A DNA stretch of 64,000 nucleotides from Planctomycetales bacterium (GTDB taxonomy: Bacteria; Planctomycetota; Planctomycetia; Pirellulales; Pirellulaceae): contig JAGQPR010000001.1 in NCBI GenBank assembly GCA_020426625.1, positions 18,992 to 82,991 of the forward strand, in the 5' to 3' direction. The notes beneath the pieces are model-generated. The model was given only the letters and a program-made list of their open reading frames with translations, had not been told where the DNA came from and did not search any database. Shown one piece after another: positions 1 through 9,856 of this stretch. The translations under genes were made by a program, and so were the position numbers. Every line of letters starts with the position of its first letter. Position 1 is the first letter of the stretch.

Positions 1-109
1 ATTCGTTGATCAGTGACATTCGTTGATGGCGGCTGCCCACTCCTACTGCTGCTAACTGTCCTGTTGTCGAGTTGCGTGGGAGAGCTTGGAAATGCCCGGA
101 AAAAAATAA

Positions 110-739
110 TCAGTTGCCAAACTGCTTGTTGTAAATAGCCTGAATTAGAGTTTCAGTATCCTTGAATTTGCCCCCAGATGCTAACGTCTGTTCAATCAAT
201 TGACGGGCGTCTGATTCGCTGTGCCCCAGTGCTGTTAGTGCTTGGAATGTATCTTCAACAACTCCGTCACTCAGCGTTTCGGTCGCCGGGGTATCGCGTC
301 GCACCAGCAAGGCGAATTTGGGCATTTTTCTGCGCAACTTAGCGATGATTCGTTCGGCGGTGGCCGGTCCAATTCCTGGTAGACCCGACAATCCCTTGGC
401 GTCCTGCTGCTCAATCATGATTGCGGTATCTTGGACGGCTTGAGTCATGGCTCGCAGTGCCTTTTTAACTCCGACACCATCAACGGAGCAGAACAATTCA
501 AAGAAATCTCTTTCGGGCGTACTCAAGAAACCCACCAACCGCGGCGTCAGTCGCCCTCCCGAAGTCACGTTTCCATCCAAATAATGCAGCGTGTGCAGGG
601 TCACGTCTTTTTGACATTGACCTTGTAAGTGGCGTCGAGTGTATTCGGCGATCAACACCTCATATTCCATGGGCGGGATGGATAAGGTCGCGGTTTCATC
701 GACAACTGCGACTAGTTTTCCGGTAATCTTCGTAATCAT
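110..739 (-). CDS. ruvA: Holliday junction branch migration complex subunit RuvA
   Basis: 209-aa ORF with helix-hairpin-helix segment 'LSGLPGIGPATAERIIAKL'. It starts 3 nt after the ruvC stop. Confidence 0.9.
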   Translation of the reverse strand: MITKITGKLVAVVDETATLSIPPMEYEVLIAEYTRRHLQGQCQKDVTLHTLHYLDGNVTSGGRLTPRLVGFLSTPERDFFELFCSVDGVGVKKALRAMTQAVQDTAIMIEQQDAKGLSGLPGIGPATAERIIAKLRRKMPKFALLVRRDTPATETLSDGVVEDTFQALTALGHSESDARQLIEQTLASGGKFKDTETLIQAIYNKQFGN

Positions 740-742
740 CGC

Positions 743-1267
743 TTAGACGGCCTTGGCTCGAGGATTGCCACTCAGGAAGGGTGATTGTCCGGAGACGTGG
801 AAATGGGTCAGGGCAATCGCCAATGCATCAGCCACGTCTGCGGGCTCGGGAGTTGCTGATAGCCCAAGCTGATGTTTGACAGCGAATTGCATCTGCGCTT
901 TGGGAGCGCGCCCGCTGCCGGTCATTGTTTTTTTGACTTGGGTAGCTGCATACGAATGCACCAGCAAATTAGCCTGCGCTGCAGCAAGTAAGATGGCGCC
1001 TCGCGCGTGTCCCATGAGTATGGCAGTCGTTGGCCGGTCGTAATGAGAGTAGAGCTTTTCGATAGCGAATACAGACGGCTTGAACTCCTGGATGATTTCA
1101 AAGATGCCATCGTGCAATTCCTTGAGACGAGATTCCAGCGTTCGATCGCGTCGGCATTTAACGATACCAGCGTCAACTAACGACAGGCTGTTCCCTTGGC
1201 AGCGAACAACTCCATAGCCCGTGGTTCCCAATGCTGGATCGATGCCCAGGATTGTCTGTGTCTCCAT
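743..1267 (-). CDS. ruvC: crossover junction endodeoxyribonuclease RuvC
   Basis: 174 aa. N-terminal 'ILGIDPALGTTGYGVV' (catalytic Asp) and C-terminal 'PADVADALAIALTH' are typical of RuvC. It lies immediately upstream of ruvA. Confidence 0.9.
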   Translation of the reverse strand: METQTILGIDPALGTTGYGVVRCQGNSLSLVDAGIVKCRRDRTLESRLKELHDGIFEIIQEFKPSVFAIEKLYSHYDRPTTAILMGHARGAILLAAAQANLLVHSYAATQVKKTMTGSGRAPKAQMQFAVKHQLGLSATPEPADVADALAIALTHFHVSGQSPFLSGNPRAKAV

Positions 1268-1295
1268 ACTGTTCTTTCGTGGATAAGAAACATGT

Positions 1296-2948
1296 TCACG
1301 ATTGTTCCCAAGTCGTTCCTTCTTTGAGATCTTGAAGGGTGATTTTCAGCCCAGCCAGCCCGTCCCGGATTGCATCCGAAGTGGCAAAGTCCTTGTTCGC
1401 TCTGGCTTTGGCGCGAAGATCGATCAGCAGACTCATCAGACCATCTACCGTACTTGCGTTGCCGTCACCGCCGCTGCTCTTCGGCTCTTTGAGGAACAAC
1501 CCCAGGATGGCGCCCAATTCGCGCAAGACACTCATGCTCGATCGCAAAACGCTCAGCGATTCAGACGTTCGACTTTTCGAGTCTTCCAGACTCTCTTGGT
1601 CAATGAAACGGTTGATAGATCGCGAAATTTCAAACAACTCACTGACCGCCGCGCCCGTGTTAAAGTCATCGTCCATTTTTTCGATGAACGACTTTCGAAG
1701 CCGGGCCATTTCAGCTAGTAGACCGTGGTTTGCACGTGACAGGGCTGCGTCGCCATCGCGTCGGGTCTTGGCGTAAGAGAGCTCGCTCTCGCCGCGGGCG
1801 TAAAAATCTTCACCGGATAGGCGTTCGAAGCGCTGAATCAATCGGTAGAAAGCACTTAGCGCTTGTCCAGCTTCCTCCAAACCCTCTGGGCCGAACACGA
1901 TTGTGCTGCGGTAGTGTGAACGCAAGAGGAAAAAGCGAATGCGGTCGCCCGTCTGTTCCTCAATCAATTTCGCTAGTCCGCCCGCGCCCTTGCTGCGGCT
2001 GATCTTGCCGACGTCACTAGCTTCTGACGATTCCGCCGGCGTTGCCTGTTCCCGGTCGCTCTTGCCGCCAACTTTACCTGCGGCACCGGCTCGCATGAGA
2101 CCATTGTGCATCCAGTATCGCACCATGGGTTGTCCGTGGCAGCATCGACTCTGCGCCAGCTCGTTCTCGTGGTGTGGGAAGATTAAATCCAAACCGCCAC
2201 CATGGATGTCGAAAGTTTTTCCTAACAAGCGGCGACTCATGGCTGAACATTCGATATGCCAGCCGGGCCGCCCATTGCCCCACGGGCTGTTCCAACTGGG
2301 CTCGCCCGCCTTGGCAGACTTCCACAGCGCAAAATCGCCAGCGGAACGCTTCTTGGCAGCGGCTCCACCGCCTTCGCCCAACTGGCTGTCGGCACTACGA
2401 TTGGAAAGTTGTCCATAGTCGGCATCGCGCGATACATCAAAAAATACGTCGCCTTCATTTTCATAGGCGAAGCCGAGTTCAATCAACTCAGAAATGAACG
2501 CGATGATTTCATCCATGTTGTCCGTTGCGCGAGGCATGTGGTCAATCTGAGTGACGCCCAATGCCTGCAGATTGGCCAAGTAATCCATCGTCATCTCAGT
2601 CGCCAGCTGAGGCATGGGAATGCCGCGTTTCTTCGCGGAGGCAATCAATTTGTCATCGACGTCCGTGATGTTGACGACCCAATTGACTTCGAAGCCACTG
2701 TATACCAAGTAGCGTTTAATCGTGTCGAAGATTACCGGACCAACCATGTGGCCAATGTGGGCTTCGGCGTAGACAGTTGGGCCACATAGGTACATTCCCA
2801 CTCTGCCCGGCTCGACGGTTTGCAGCGGCTCCTTCTGACGCGTCAAGGTGTTGTACACGCGGATGCTGTCGCTGGCCAACCCTTGGCTGGCGCTGCCAGA
2901 TTCCATGGAGTTGGGATTTAGGTCTCGAGTTGGTGAAGCACTCGCCAC
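1296..2948 (-). CDS. cysS: cysteine--tRNA ligase
   Basis: 550 aa. It has '[16 protein letters not shown]' (HIGH region), 'WHIECS' and a KMSKS-like 'KISRSKG'. There is a 28-nt gap to ruvC. Confidence 0.92.
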   Translation of the reverse strand: MASASPTRDLNPNSMESGSASQGLASDSIRVYNTLTRQKEPLQTVEPGRVGMYLCGPTVYAEAHIGHMVGPVIFDTIKRYLVYSGFEVNWVVNITDVDDKLIASAKKRGIPMPQLATEMTMDYLANLQALGVTQIDHMPRATDNMDEIIAFISELIELGFAYENEGDVFFDVSRDADYGQLSNRSADSQLGEGGGAAAKKRSAGDFALWKSAKAGEPSWNSPWGNGRPGWHIECSAMSRRLLGKTFDIHGGGLDLIFPHHENELAQSRCCHGQPMVRYWMHNGLMRAGAAGKVGGKSDREQATPAESSEASDVGKISRSKGAGGLAKLIEEQTGDRIRFFLLRSHYRSTIVFGPEGLEEAGQALSAFYRLIQRFERLSGEDFYARGESELSYAKTRRDGDAALSRANHGLLAEMARLRKSFIEKMDDDFNTGAAVSELFEISRSINRFIDQESLEDSKSRTSESLSVLRSSMSVLRELGAILGLFLKEPKSSGGDGNASTVDGLMSLLIDLRAKARANKDFATSDAIRDGLAGLKITLQDLKEGTTWEQS

Positions 2949-3320
2949 GAGTAATACTCCTTCGCGTCCCGCTGCTGATATCTTGACAATGGCGAGGAGA
3001 TCCGTTCATCATGTCATAAGAACCATGATGCTTCGGCGGAAATAGACTGTGGATCCGTCCCGAGTCAATTTCCCAATTTTAAATGTAACGAAAGTCGATG
3101 AGGCCTTTTTGCCCACTCATCTTGATCTCCCGGCGAATTCCGCCTGGAAATTATTTCGCAACAATTTCTAATCGAGCCGTGTTCTCCACCGCGCAGGTGA
3201 TAAACCGCAGATTATAGAGACAATAGGCTTGCCGTGGTACGCCAGTTTGTCCACGCTTTAGGGGAAACTCGCTCGGAGTTCCTTGGACTTTTTGAATGCC
3301 CTGAGTGCAGGGTCGACAGC

Positions 3321-3761
3321 ATGAGACAGACGTTAACGGAGCGAGCGACAACTTGGTTGCTCAGGTTGATTGGCGGCACAATTTGCTTGGCTTTCGTGCC
3401 CGTTTTTTTTCCGCTGAGCTGGATGCAAGCAGTCCATGTTTGGTTGGGGCTGGGGGACATGCCGCAATCGACGATTGTCGAGTATTTGGCGAGATCTTTG
3501 TCGGCGATGTATTTTGCCCACGGCGTTGTAGTGCTAGCAATCTCCACAGATGTGCGGCGCTACTGTCCGTTGGTTTCAATGCTCGGCTATCTGAATATGG
3601 TTTTAGGAGCGATCTTCTTGGGCGTGGATCTCGTAGCCCAAATGCCCTGGTTCTGGACGATCAGCGAAGGCCCACCTATTGCCCTGATGGGGCTAGTGTT
3701 GCTCCTTATTTCACGAGCAATCGCCAGCAGTGACCAGTCGATGCGAAAAGCTTCAAATTGA
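3321..3761 (+). CDS. hypothetical integral membrane protein
   Basis: Lies within ORF 3234..3761. The ATG at 3321 precedes about four hydrophobic helices ('LLRLIGGTICLAFVPVFF', 'GVVVLAIS', 'LGYLNMVLGAIFLGV', 'IALMGLVLLLI'). No family recognised. Confidence 0.5.
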   Translation: MRQTLTERATTWLLRLIGGTICLAFVPVFFPLSWMQAVHVWLGLGDMPQSTIVEYLARSLSAMYFAHGVVVLAISTDVRRYCPLVSMLGYLNMVLGAIFLGVDLVAQMPWFWTISEGPPIALMGLVLLLISRAIASSDQSMRKASN

Positions 3762-3838
3762 CAAATGGTGAAACTTACGTGACACTTTGGTGATTGGAGC
3801 TACGCTAAGTGACAAAGTAGTGTCTGCATGAAGCGATT

Positions 3839-4249
3839 ATGGAAATGAGTCAGCCGAGCCTCGTCAAGCTGCGTCCGAGCCAGGATTGCTTGTGTCCAAG
3901 ACTTTTTAAGATACTTGCACTCGCGTACCATGACATGGACCGTGAACTTAATGCTCTTGGACCAAAGTCAGTTCGCGAGAAGGCGAACGACCTGAAGCTG
4001 GGTTTAGATGCATGGACTGCTATGTCTGATAGTCGGCAAGAGCAGATAGAATTACTCAATCAGATCGCCGAGCAGCTTCACCTCGCGTCGAACAGGGCTA
4101 GCAGCAATTTGGCTACGTTGCTCTCCGGCGTCGAACATTGTTCGCAAGTGCTGAAGGAGGACAGCCGTGCGGTATTGGAATTGCAGTATCTCAAGGAGGT
4201 GGTTTTCGACTCTCTGGTGCGGTTGGGACTCCGGAACGAAACAGCCTAA
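3839..4249 (+). CDS. hypothetical protein (predicted helical, no recognised family)
   Basis: 136-aa ORF with protein-like composition, on the same strand as and upstream of the kinase. No motif recognised. Confidence 0.4.
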   Translation: MEMSQPSLVKLRPSQDCLCPRLFKILALAYHDMDRELNALGPKSVREKANDLKLGLDAWTAMSDSRQEQIELLNQIAEQLHLASNRASSNLATLLSGVEHCSQVLKEDSRAVLELQYLKEVVFDSLVRLGLRNETA

Positions 4250-4302
4250 CGGAGCTGTTCTTCAGCCAGCACAAGTCGAGTATAATTGAGAGGGTTAATG
4301 TG

Positions 4303-4692
4303 ATGGCTTCGCAACGACAGTTCACCATGATCAGCAATAGTAAAGAGCAGACTGATTGCCAGAGAATGACTGGCAGCGCCCTGGCAAGGGCTTACCAAGT
4401 GTTAAATGCCAGAGCGGAATATGCAAACCCGCTGGCGTTTGACATGGATATGTGTCTAGCAACCAGGAGTCTGTACTTCGCGTTCTACACCTGGGTCATT
4501 CTCCACGGAAAAATCGATCAGGCGGCCGAAGAAGACTTGCATAAGATATTTGCGGCTGCGATGGGAGGCATGAATGACAACGAGTATCGCGACTCTGTAG
4601 AGAAGCGTTTTCGCGAATTCCAAAACAAATGTCATAGCGTGCGGAAGGGCGTACCCGTTGAACGGAGTACCGTGTATTCATCGATAACCTGA
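4303..4692 (+). CDS. hypothetical protein (no recognised family)
   Basis: Lies in ORF 4138..4692. The ATG at 4303 is preceded by purine-rich 'gagaggg' 8-15 nt upstream. Its stop is 10 nt before the kinase ATG. Confidence 0.45.
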   Translation: MASQRQFTMISNSKEQTDCQRMTGSALARAYQVLNARAEYANPLAFDMDMCLATRSLYFAFYTWVILHGKIDQAAEEDLHKIFAAAMGGMNDNEYRDSVEKRFREFQNKCHSVRKGVPVERSTVYSSIT

Positions 4693-4702
4693 AGCTAGTC
4701 TC

Positions 4703-6310
4703 ATGGATTCTCTTCGGAAACTGTTGGTTCAAGACTGGTGTGTCCTGTCGCAACAGCTCTGGGAAGAGTGGTTCGCAGACCTCGAAAAAGATGAACAGAT
4801 TCTCGCAATCCTTCGAGAAAGCATTCGTTTCGATCTTTCTTCTGTGCAGACTCGCTATGTAACAGAATCTATGCTCAGCGTCATTCGGCAGGGGCAAGCA
4901 GATTCGCTCGTTGTCCATGTTGAAGGTCGCCGGTGGTTGTTGCTCGAAGAATTAGGCAAGGGAGCCTTTGGGCAAGTTTGGTTGGCTTCTCCCTGCGAGG
5001 CCAATGTCGCGCCGGATGATCTCGCTGCAATCAAGATCCCTTTGAATGAGAAGGCTTTGGATCTAGCACCGAATGAAATTGACAAGTTGAGTAGGCTGCC
5101 GAAGTGTCGTTATATTGCCCAGTTCCTGGGGGCGGATATCCGCAGAAACTTGTTGATTACTAGCTTCATTGATGGTCCAACGCTCAGTCAAGAGATATCG
5201 CGGTGTCGCAGATTATCGGCAGCAACCGCGGTTGGAGTTGGGTTGAATATTGGCGAAGCAATCTCCAATATTCATAAACAAGGTTGGATTCACAAAGATG
5301 TAAAGCCGGGAAACATAATCCTAGATCAAGAACGTCAAGCGGTGTTGGTTGATTTTGGATTTACGGGAAAACCTAGACTGTCAAATGCAGAGGGTACACC
5401 TCAATACATCGCACCTGAGCTATATGCTGGTCGGACTGCTCCAACTCCGGCTGCTGACGTTTTTAGTTTGTGTGCTACATTGTACGCAGCTAGCGTCGGG
5501 TTTCCACCGTTCTTCATGAGTTGCTTGAGTCCGCATTACTCGCAGGATTCTCGGGCGCAGTTGGACGTGCTCAGATTTAACTCGATTAACCAAATCACAT
5601 CCAATCGCATTTCCAGGTTTCGCCCAGACATTCCTGGCGAATTATGCGATCTGATTGCAAACGGACTCCTGGTGAACCCGACATCAAGAATTCCACTGCG
5701 CGAATTGATGGTTGGCTTACGAAGACTTTGGAATCGGCTGCGGTTGATTGAAGAGATGGTCGCCGAAGCTGAAGTTATAGAGCGGCAGCTCTGGCTACTG
5801 GTGACGGCGTTGCAGCGGGCTGTGCGTGAAGTGATCTATGATCCGAGCTACGGGCACCATGAACGCAGTAACGCTGAATCGATCGGAGCCGACTTAGCGA
5901 ATATCGAGTTGCTTTTTCGAGCGGTTAGCGGCGTCCGGCGCGACCCAGAACAGTGGCGTTCCGCTGGTGTCGACGTGCAACTGGTCCGCGATACGATCGC
6001 TATGGTGGATAGATTGTCCAATCGAAAGGAATATATCCATCTATTTCTCAGCGATTCTCCGTTGCTCTCTGAGCAAAATCGAGAAGTGTTGTTACCAACA
6101 CTAGTTCCCGATACACTCGCCGAGCTGAGGGACTTGGCGTACGAATCACTTGGCTTGGCGCATCGTTGGCGAGATTTTGTTGCCAGTTATCAAGCGACTG
6201 AGCGATCTTGCGAACCAGAATTCAATACACTACCAACTACCGTTAGTGCGGCCTCCTCTGACCGAGCTCCGGCTGCATCGCAGAAACAGAACCGGTCAGA
6301 TACTACCTAA
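4703..6310 (+). CDS. Hanks-type serine/threonine protein kinase with uncharacterised N- and C-terminal regions
   Basis: 535 aa. It carries Gly-loop 'LGKGAFGQVW', 'AAIKIP' (catalytic Lys), 'HKDVKPGNIIL', 'VDFGF' and 'GTPQYIAPE'. About 85 aa N-terminal and about 210 aa C-terminal have no recognisable motif. Confidence 0.88.
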   Translation: MDSLRKLLVQDWCVLSQQLWEEWFADLEKDEQILAILRESIRFDLSSVQTRYVTESMLSVIRQGQADSLVVHVEGRRWLLLEELGKGAFGQVWLASPCEANVAPDDLAAIKIPLNEKALDLAPNEIDKLSRLPKCRYIAQFLGADIRRNLLITSFIDGPTLSQEISRCRRLSAATAVGVGLNIGEAISNIHKQGWIHKDVKPGNIILDQERQAVLVDFGFTGKPRLSNAEGTPQYIAPELYAGRTAPTPAADVFSLCATLYAASVGFPPFFMSCLSPHYSQDSRAQLDVLRFNSINQITSNRISRFRPDIPGELCDLIANGLLVNPTSRIPLRELMVGLRRLWNRLRLIEEMVAEAEVIERQLWLLVTALQRAVREVIYDPSYGHHERSNAESIGADLANIELLFRAVSGVRRDPEQWRSAGVDVQLVRDTIAMVDRLSNRKEYIHLFLSDSPLLSEQNREVLLPTLVPDTLAELRDLAYESLGLAHRWRDFVASYQATERSCEPEFNTLPTTVSAASSDRAPAASQKQNRSDTT

Positions 6311-7778
6311 GACGCGCCTGTTGTTCGATTGCCTGGATCAGCTGGGAAGATGGTGCATCGATGGTCACGACTCGTTGGGTCCCGTCCCCGTCGTGTACGA
6401 TGCAGATCAGTTGTCGGTGTGTCGCCATCGTTTGGCTATCGGCATCGCCAGGGGAATTGGCAAGCTGAAGGGCTCGCGCCGCATCGGCTTCGCTCGGCCA
6501 GCCGACGTGTTCTTGCCGCGAATCATCCAGTTGGGAATTCGTTGCACGCTGTTCGACTGCGTGAGAAACGAGCGAGTTCGAATTGGATGTTGGCGAGCGA
6601 TTCTCGAACAAATGTGAAAGTCCTAGACGATCGATCTGTTTGTAAACAACTGACGCGGCAGCATAGATACCTTCGTCGTCAGTTGCGTCCGCCGCATTGC
6701 AGACGCCTAACAACCTGCCCTGATCGTCAAACAAGCCACCCCCGCTTCTGCCAACCGCTGGTGCACCGTAGATTTCGATGTTCTCCGCACCAATGTAACG
6801 ATTGATATTCTTGATTTGTGTGTCGCGGCGAGTAGGATCGGCTCCGTGGTCGCATCCAAAACTAAATGCATGCATGCCGATCGTCGGCTTTGATCCAAGC
6901 GGAAGAACTTCTACCGGCTCAATAGCCACAGGTGTCGTAAAACTGATCAAACCAATATCTTCGTCCTCCGCTTGAAAGTCGATCAGCTGAGCTGGCAAGT
7001 TCATTTGCTGGCCATCTGGTTGGAACAGATCGACGGTCAACTGCGACCCCGGAGTCATATTGCGAAAAAGGTGCCCACACGTCAAAACCAGCGCTTCGCG
7101 GTCGTGGACATCGATAATAGTGCCCGTGCCAAAGGCGGTGGTGTTGGCTTCATCGACGCGAATCCTTACGGTTGCCGCCGCAGCGCGAGCTATCGCTTCT
7201 TCTAGGCCGGGCACTCTGCCGGGATTGCCCTCGACAACCGCAGCCGGAGCCTGTCGGGAACTTGCCACAGTACCAGCGCTACTTTGGGTGGCCAAGGCAC
7301 TGGCTGCCGACGCGAGCATTGGAAACGGAGCAATTCCTGGCGTTTGCCCGCGCACCGTCGGCTGCCTTGTCGCAGGAGTGGCAGGCAACTCTGCAGAATT
7401 CTGTTGCCACTGGGACGAAGGGCTGAGGGGATTGGGCGAAGAGCTTCTTCCACGTGCCGCGACGCGTTGCACACGCCCGACGAGAGTTGCATAGTCGACC
7501 GCCCCGACCAGGCGATCCACTTCGACGCCGCCGCTCAGCAACACCACTGTTGGCAAATTTTGAATTTTATATTGGCTTACTAATTGGGATTCGCGGTCGG
7601 TGTCGACTGCCCGGACATCGTGTCCCGCGCGCCTTAACTGATCAAGTGCTGGCTGGAGTTGCTGGCACGGTTGGCACCAACTGGCAGTAAATGACACGAT
7701 CGTGCATTCACTGCTGCCGTCCGACACAGCCAGCACCAAGGACATTAGCAGGCCTAGGACCATTGGTTTCCCTCCCAA
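6303..7778 (-). CDS. thioredoxin-domain / trypsin-like serine protease fusion protein (secreted)
   Basis: 491 aa. It has a signal-like N-terminus, thioredoxin 'FTASWCQPCQQL' (CxxC), and a Ser/Pro/Ala-rich linker. A chymotrypsin-fold triad context follows: 'LTCGHLF', 'DEDIGLI', 'GRSGGGLF'. Confidence 0.78.
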   Translation of the reverse strand: MGGKPMVLGLLMSLVLAVSDGSSECTIVSFTASWCQPCQQLQPALDQLRRAGHDVRAVDTDRESQLVSQYKIQNLPTVVLLSGGVEVDRLVGAVDYATLVGRVQRVAARGRSSSPNPLSPSSQWQQNSAELPATPATRQPTVRGQTPGIAPFPMLASAASALATQSSAGTVASSRQAPAAVVEGNPGRVPGLEEAIARAAAATVRIRVDEANTTAFGTGTIIDVHDREALVLTCGHLFRNMTPGSQLTVDLFQPDGQQMNLPAQLIDFQAEDEDIGLISFTTPVAIEPVEVLPLGSKPTIGMHAFSFGCDHGADPTRRDTQIKNINRYIGAENIEIYGAPAVGRSGGGLFDDQGRLLGVCNAADATDDEGIYAAASVVYKQIDRLGLSHLFENRSPTSNSNSLVSHAVEQRATNSQLDDSRQEHVGWPSEADAARALQLANSPGDADSQTMATHRQLICIVHDGDGTQRVVTIDAPSSQLIQAIEQQARLR

Positions 7779-8086
7779 AGGCTTTAATCTTCGCTCGGTG
7801 AAGAATGAGGCTTATCAATTTCAACTATTCGATCGAAGCATCAACGCTGGTCGTGACCTGTTTGGCCATCCGATATTCAGATCAACAACCAAACAAGCTG
7901 GGCTTCCTGGCCGAGCCTGCGTGCGAGCGTTGAGGTCGTTATCGGGCAGAGTCTCGCGAGTTGTCTCAGCGACCGCAAGTGCAATTGGTTGCAATGCATG
8001 CATACGACGTTGCAAGAACAGCATTGCCTAAACGGCATAAACGTTGTTCTCAGCCAACAACTCGAAAAGCCAGTAAACGCGATGAG

Positions 8087-9559
8087 CTAGCTGATCAAAT
8101 CGTGCAATACTCGGCCGTGGACGTCCGTCAGCCGGCGATCGATGCCGTCATGCCGAACGGTCAATCGTTGATGGTCCAAGCCTAATAGGTAAAGTATGGT
8201 CGCATGAACATCGTAGACTTGGGTAGGATTCAGGCGGTCGAGCGGTTTGTAGCCCCAGTGATCCGAAGGTCCGTACGTAACTCCTGGCTTAACGCCCCCA
8301 CCGCAAAGCCAATTCGTAAAGACGAATGGATTGTGGTCGCGTCCGCGATTGCCTTGCGAACTGGGCATTCGCCCAAACTCCGTCGTCCAAAGGACGATGG
8401 TGTCGTCTAACAAGCCTCGCTGTTTGAGATCTTTGATTAAGGCTGCACTGCCAACAGCCATGCCGATAGCCAGCGGTCCATGGTCTCGTTCGATATCTTC
8501 GTGTGAGTCCCAATTACGGCGCGGAAAGCTGTTGTCGTTACCGGACCAGATCTGAACAAATCGCACGCCACGCTCGAGCAGTCTTCGGGCAATTAGGCAC
8601 TTGCGGCCAAAATACTCGGCTTCCTCCGCCGGATTAATTGTGTCGGGATAGGTTGAGCCAAAGCGATCAAGCCCATATAGCTTCATGATGTGCTCAGGCT
8701 CCTGCGACAAATCGAGCGCCTCTGGTGCACTCAACTGCATCTGTGCGGCTAACTCATAGGAGCGGATTCTGGCTGCCAATCGCGAGTCTTCGGGACGCTG
8801 TTGAGCGTATCGCCGATTGGCTCGCGAGAGCAGTTGGAGACCTTCGCGTTCTGCGTCTGGCGTGATGAAATCTGCTCTAGGTACCAAGTCGGCAATGGGG
8901 GCCGGACGCTGAGGAAAGACGGTGGTTCCCTGATTGCTGGCAGGCAGGAAGGCAGAACTCCAGTTTTTGGGTCCGTTGCTGGCGTAACCGCGATGGTCCG
9001 GCAGCACGACAAACGTTGGCAGTTCGTCAGAGATGGCTCCCAGCGCGTAGCTAATCCAGGCTCCCATGCCTGGGAATCCTGGACGCTGAAAGCCCGTGGA
9101 TTGAAGGTATGTCGCCTGGGAATGCACTCCCGTCTTTCCAACCATATTGTGTATGAATGCCATGTCGTCAACGCAAGCGCCCAATGGCGCGACCACATTA
9201 CTGAGCATCTTGCCCGATTCTCCGTAGGGGGAGAACTGAAACGGTGACTTCATCCAAGGTCCGAGACCATTTTGAAACGCTTCGACATGTTCGCCAAAAT
9301 CAGAGGGCTGACCATGGTGTTTCGCCAACATCGGTTTGTAATCCCACAAATCGACCTGGCTGGCGGCACCCGCCATGAAAAGCTGCACGACTCGTCGCGC
9401 TCGCGCTGGCCAGTGCAGTACTTGGACCGACCCATGCATTGCCGCTGAAGCGTCATCATGCAGCATCGTTGACAGCGCTAGCCCGGCAAAGCTGGCGGCA
9501 CCGTTGCCAAGAAACTCGCGGCGACTGTTCAACTTGATTTCTCCGGATTCGAATCGCAA
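8087..9559 (-). CDS. DUF1501 domain-containing protein (sulfatase/alkaline-phosphatase-like fold) with Tat signal
   Basis: 490 aa. It has twin-arginine 'SRREFLGNGAASFAGLAL' and C-terminal 'TEFGRMP...GRDHNPF', typical of DUF1501. The first codon is TTG and there is no in-frame ATG before the Tat motif. Confidence 0.85.
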   Translation of the reverse strand: MRFESGEIKLNSRREFLGNGAASFAGLALSTMLHDDASAAMHGSVQVLHWPARARRVVQLFMAGAASQVDLWDYKPMLAKHHGQPSDFGEHVEAFQNGLGPWMKSPFQFSPYGESGKMLSNVVAPLGACVDDMAFIHNMVGKTGVHSQATYLQSTGFQRPGFPGMGAWISYALGAISDELPTFVVLPDHRGYASNGPKNWSSAFLPASNQGTTVFPQRPAPIADLVPRADFITPDAEREGLQLLSRANRRYAQQRPEDSRLAARIRSYELAAQMQLSAPEALDLSQEPEHIMKLYGLDRFGSTYPDTINPAEEAEYFGRKCLIARRLLERGVRFVQIWSGNDNSFPRRNWDSHEDIERDHGPLAIGMAVGSAALIKDLKQRGLLDDTIVLWTTEFGRMPSSQGNRGRDHNPFVFTNWLCGGGVKPGVTYGPSDHWGYKPLDRLNPTQVYDVHATILYLLGLDHQRLTVRHDGIDRRLTDVHGRVLHDLIS

Positions 9560-9562
9560 AAC

Positions 9563-9851
9563 TTAAAACGAGCGGCAGTTGAAAATATAACCGAGCGGTT
9601 TCGGCGCTAGCCGGTTCTGTAGTTCTTCGCTTGTAATTTTAATACCGACGGCTAGTGTCACAAATCGAAACTCTTATACCCCATCAGCTTCTAGCGCGCT
9701 AACATGCGGTTCCGTCAAGAACCGCGTGCTAGCGCACAGCGGTTAGTCTTGCGGAAGGAGTATGTGGAATTGAATTTCCAATTCTTGACACTTGCGTCTT
9801 GTCGCTCAGGCGCGAATTGGGCAGCTAGTTTTCAACTGCCGTTCGCTTAAA
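9563..9851. repeat. inverted-repeat-bounded structured intergenic element (MITE-like or structured intercistronic RNA candidate)
   Basis: Two 23-nt arms (9563-9585 'ttaaaacgagcggcagttgaaaa' and 9829-9851 'ttttcaactgccgttcgcttaaa') are reverse complements at 20/23 positions, with a 13-nt perfect core. The 243-nt spacer holds the hairpin gcggttc-N5-gaaccgc (9706-9724), the palindrome 'tagcgcgcta' and five 'gctag' copies. The element fills essentially the whole gap between two cistrons. Confidence 0.4.
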
Positions 9852-9856
9852 CTTAT

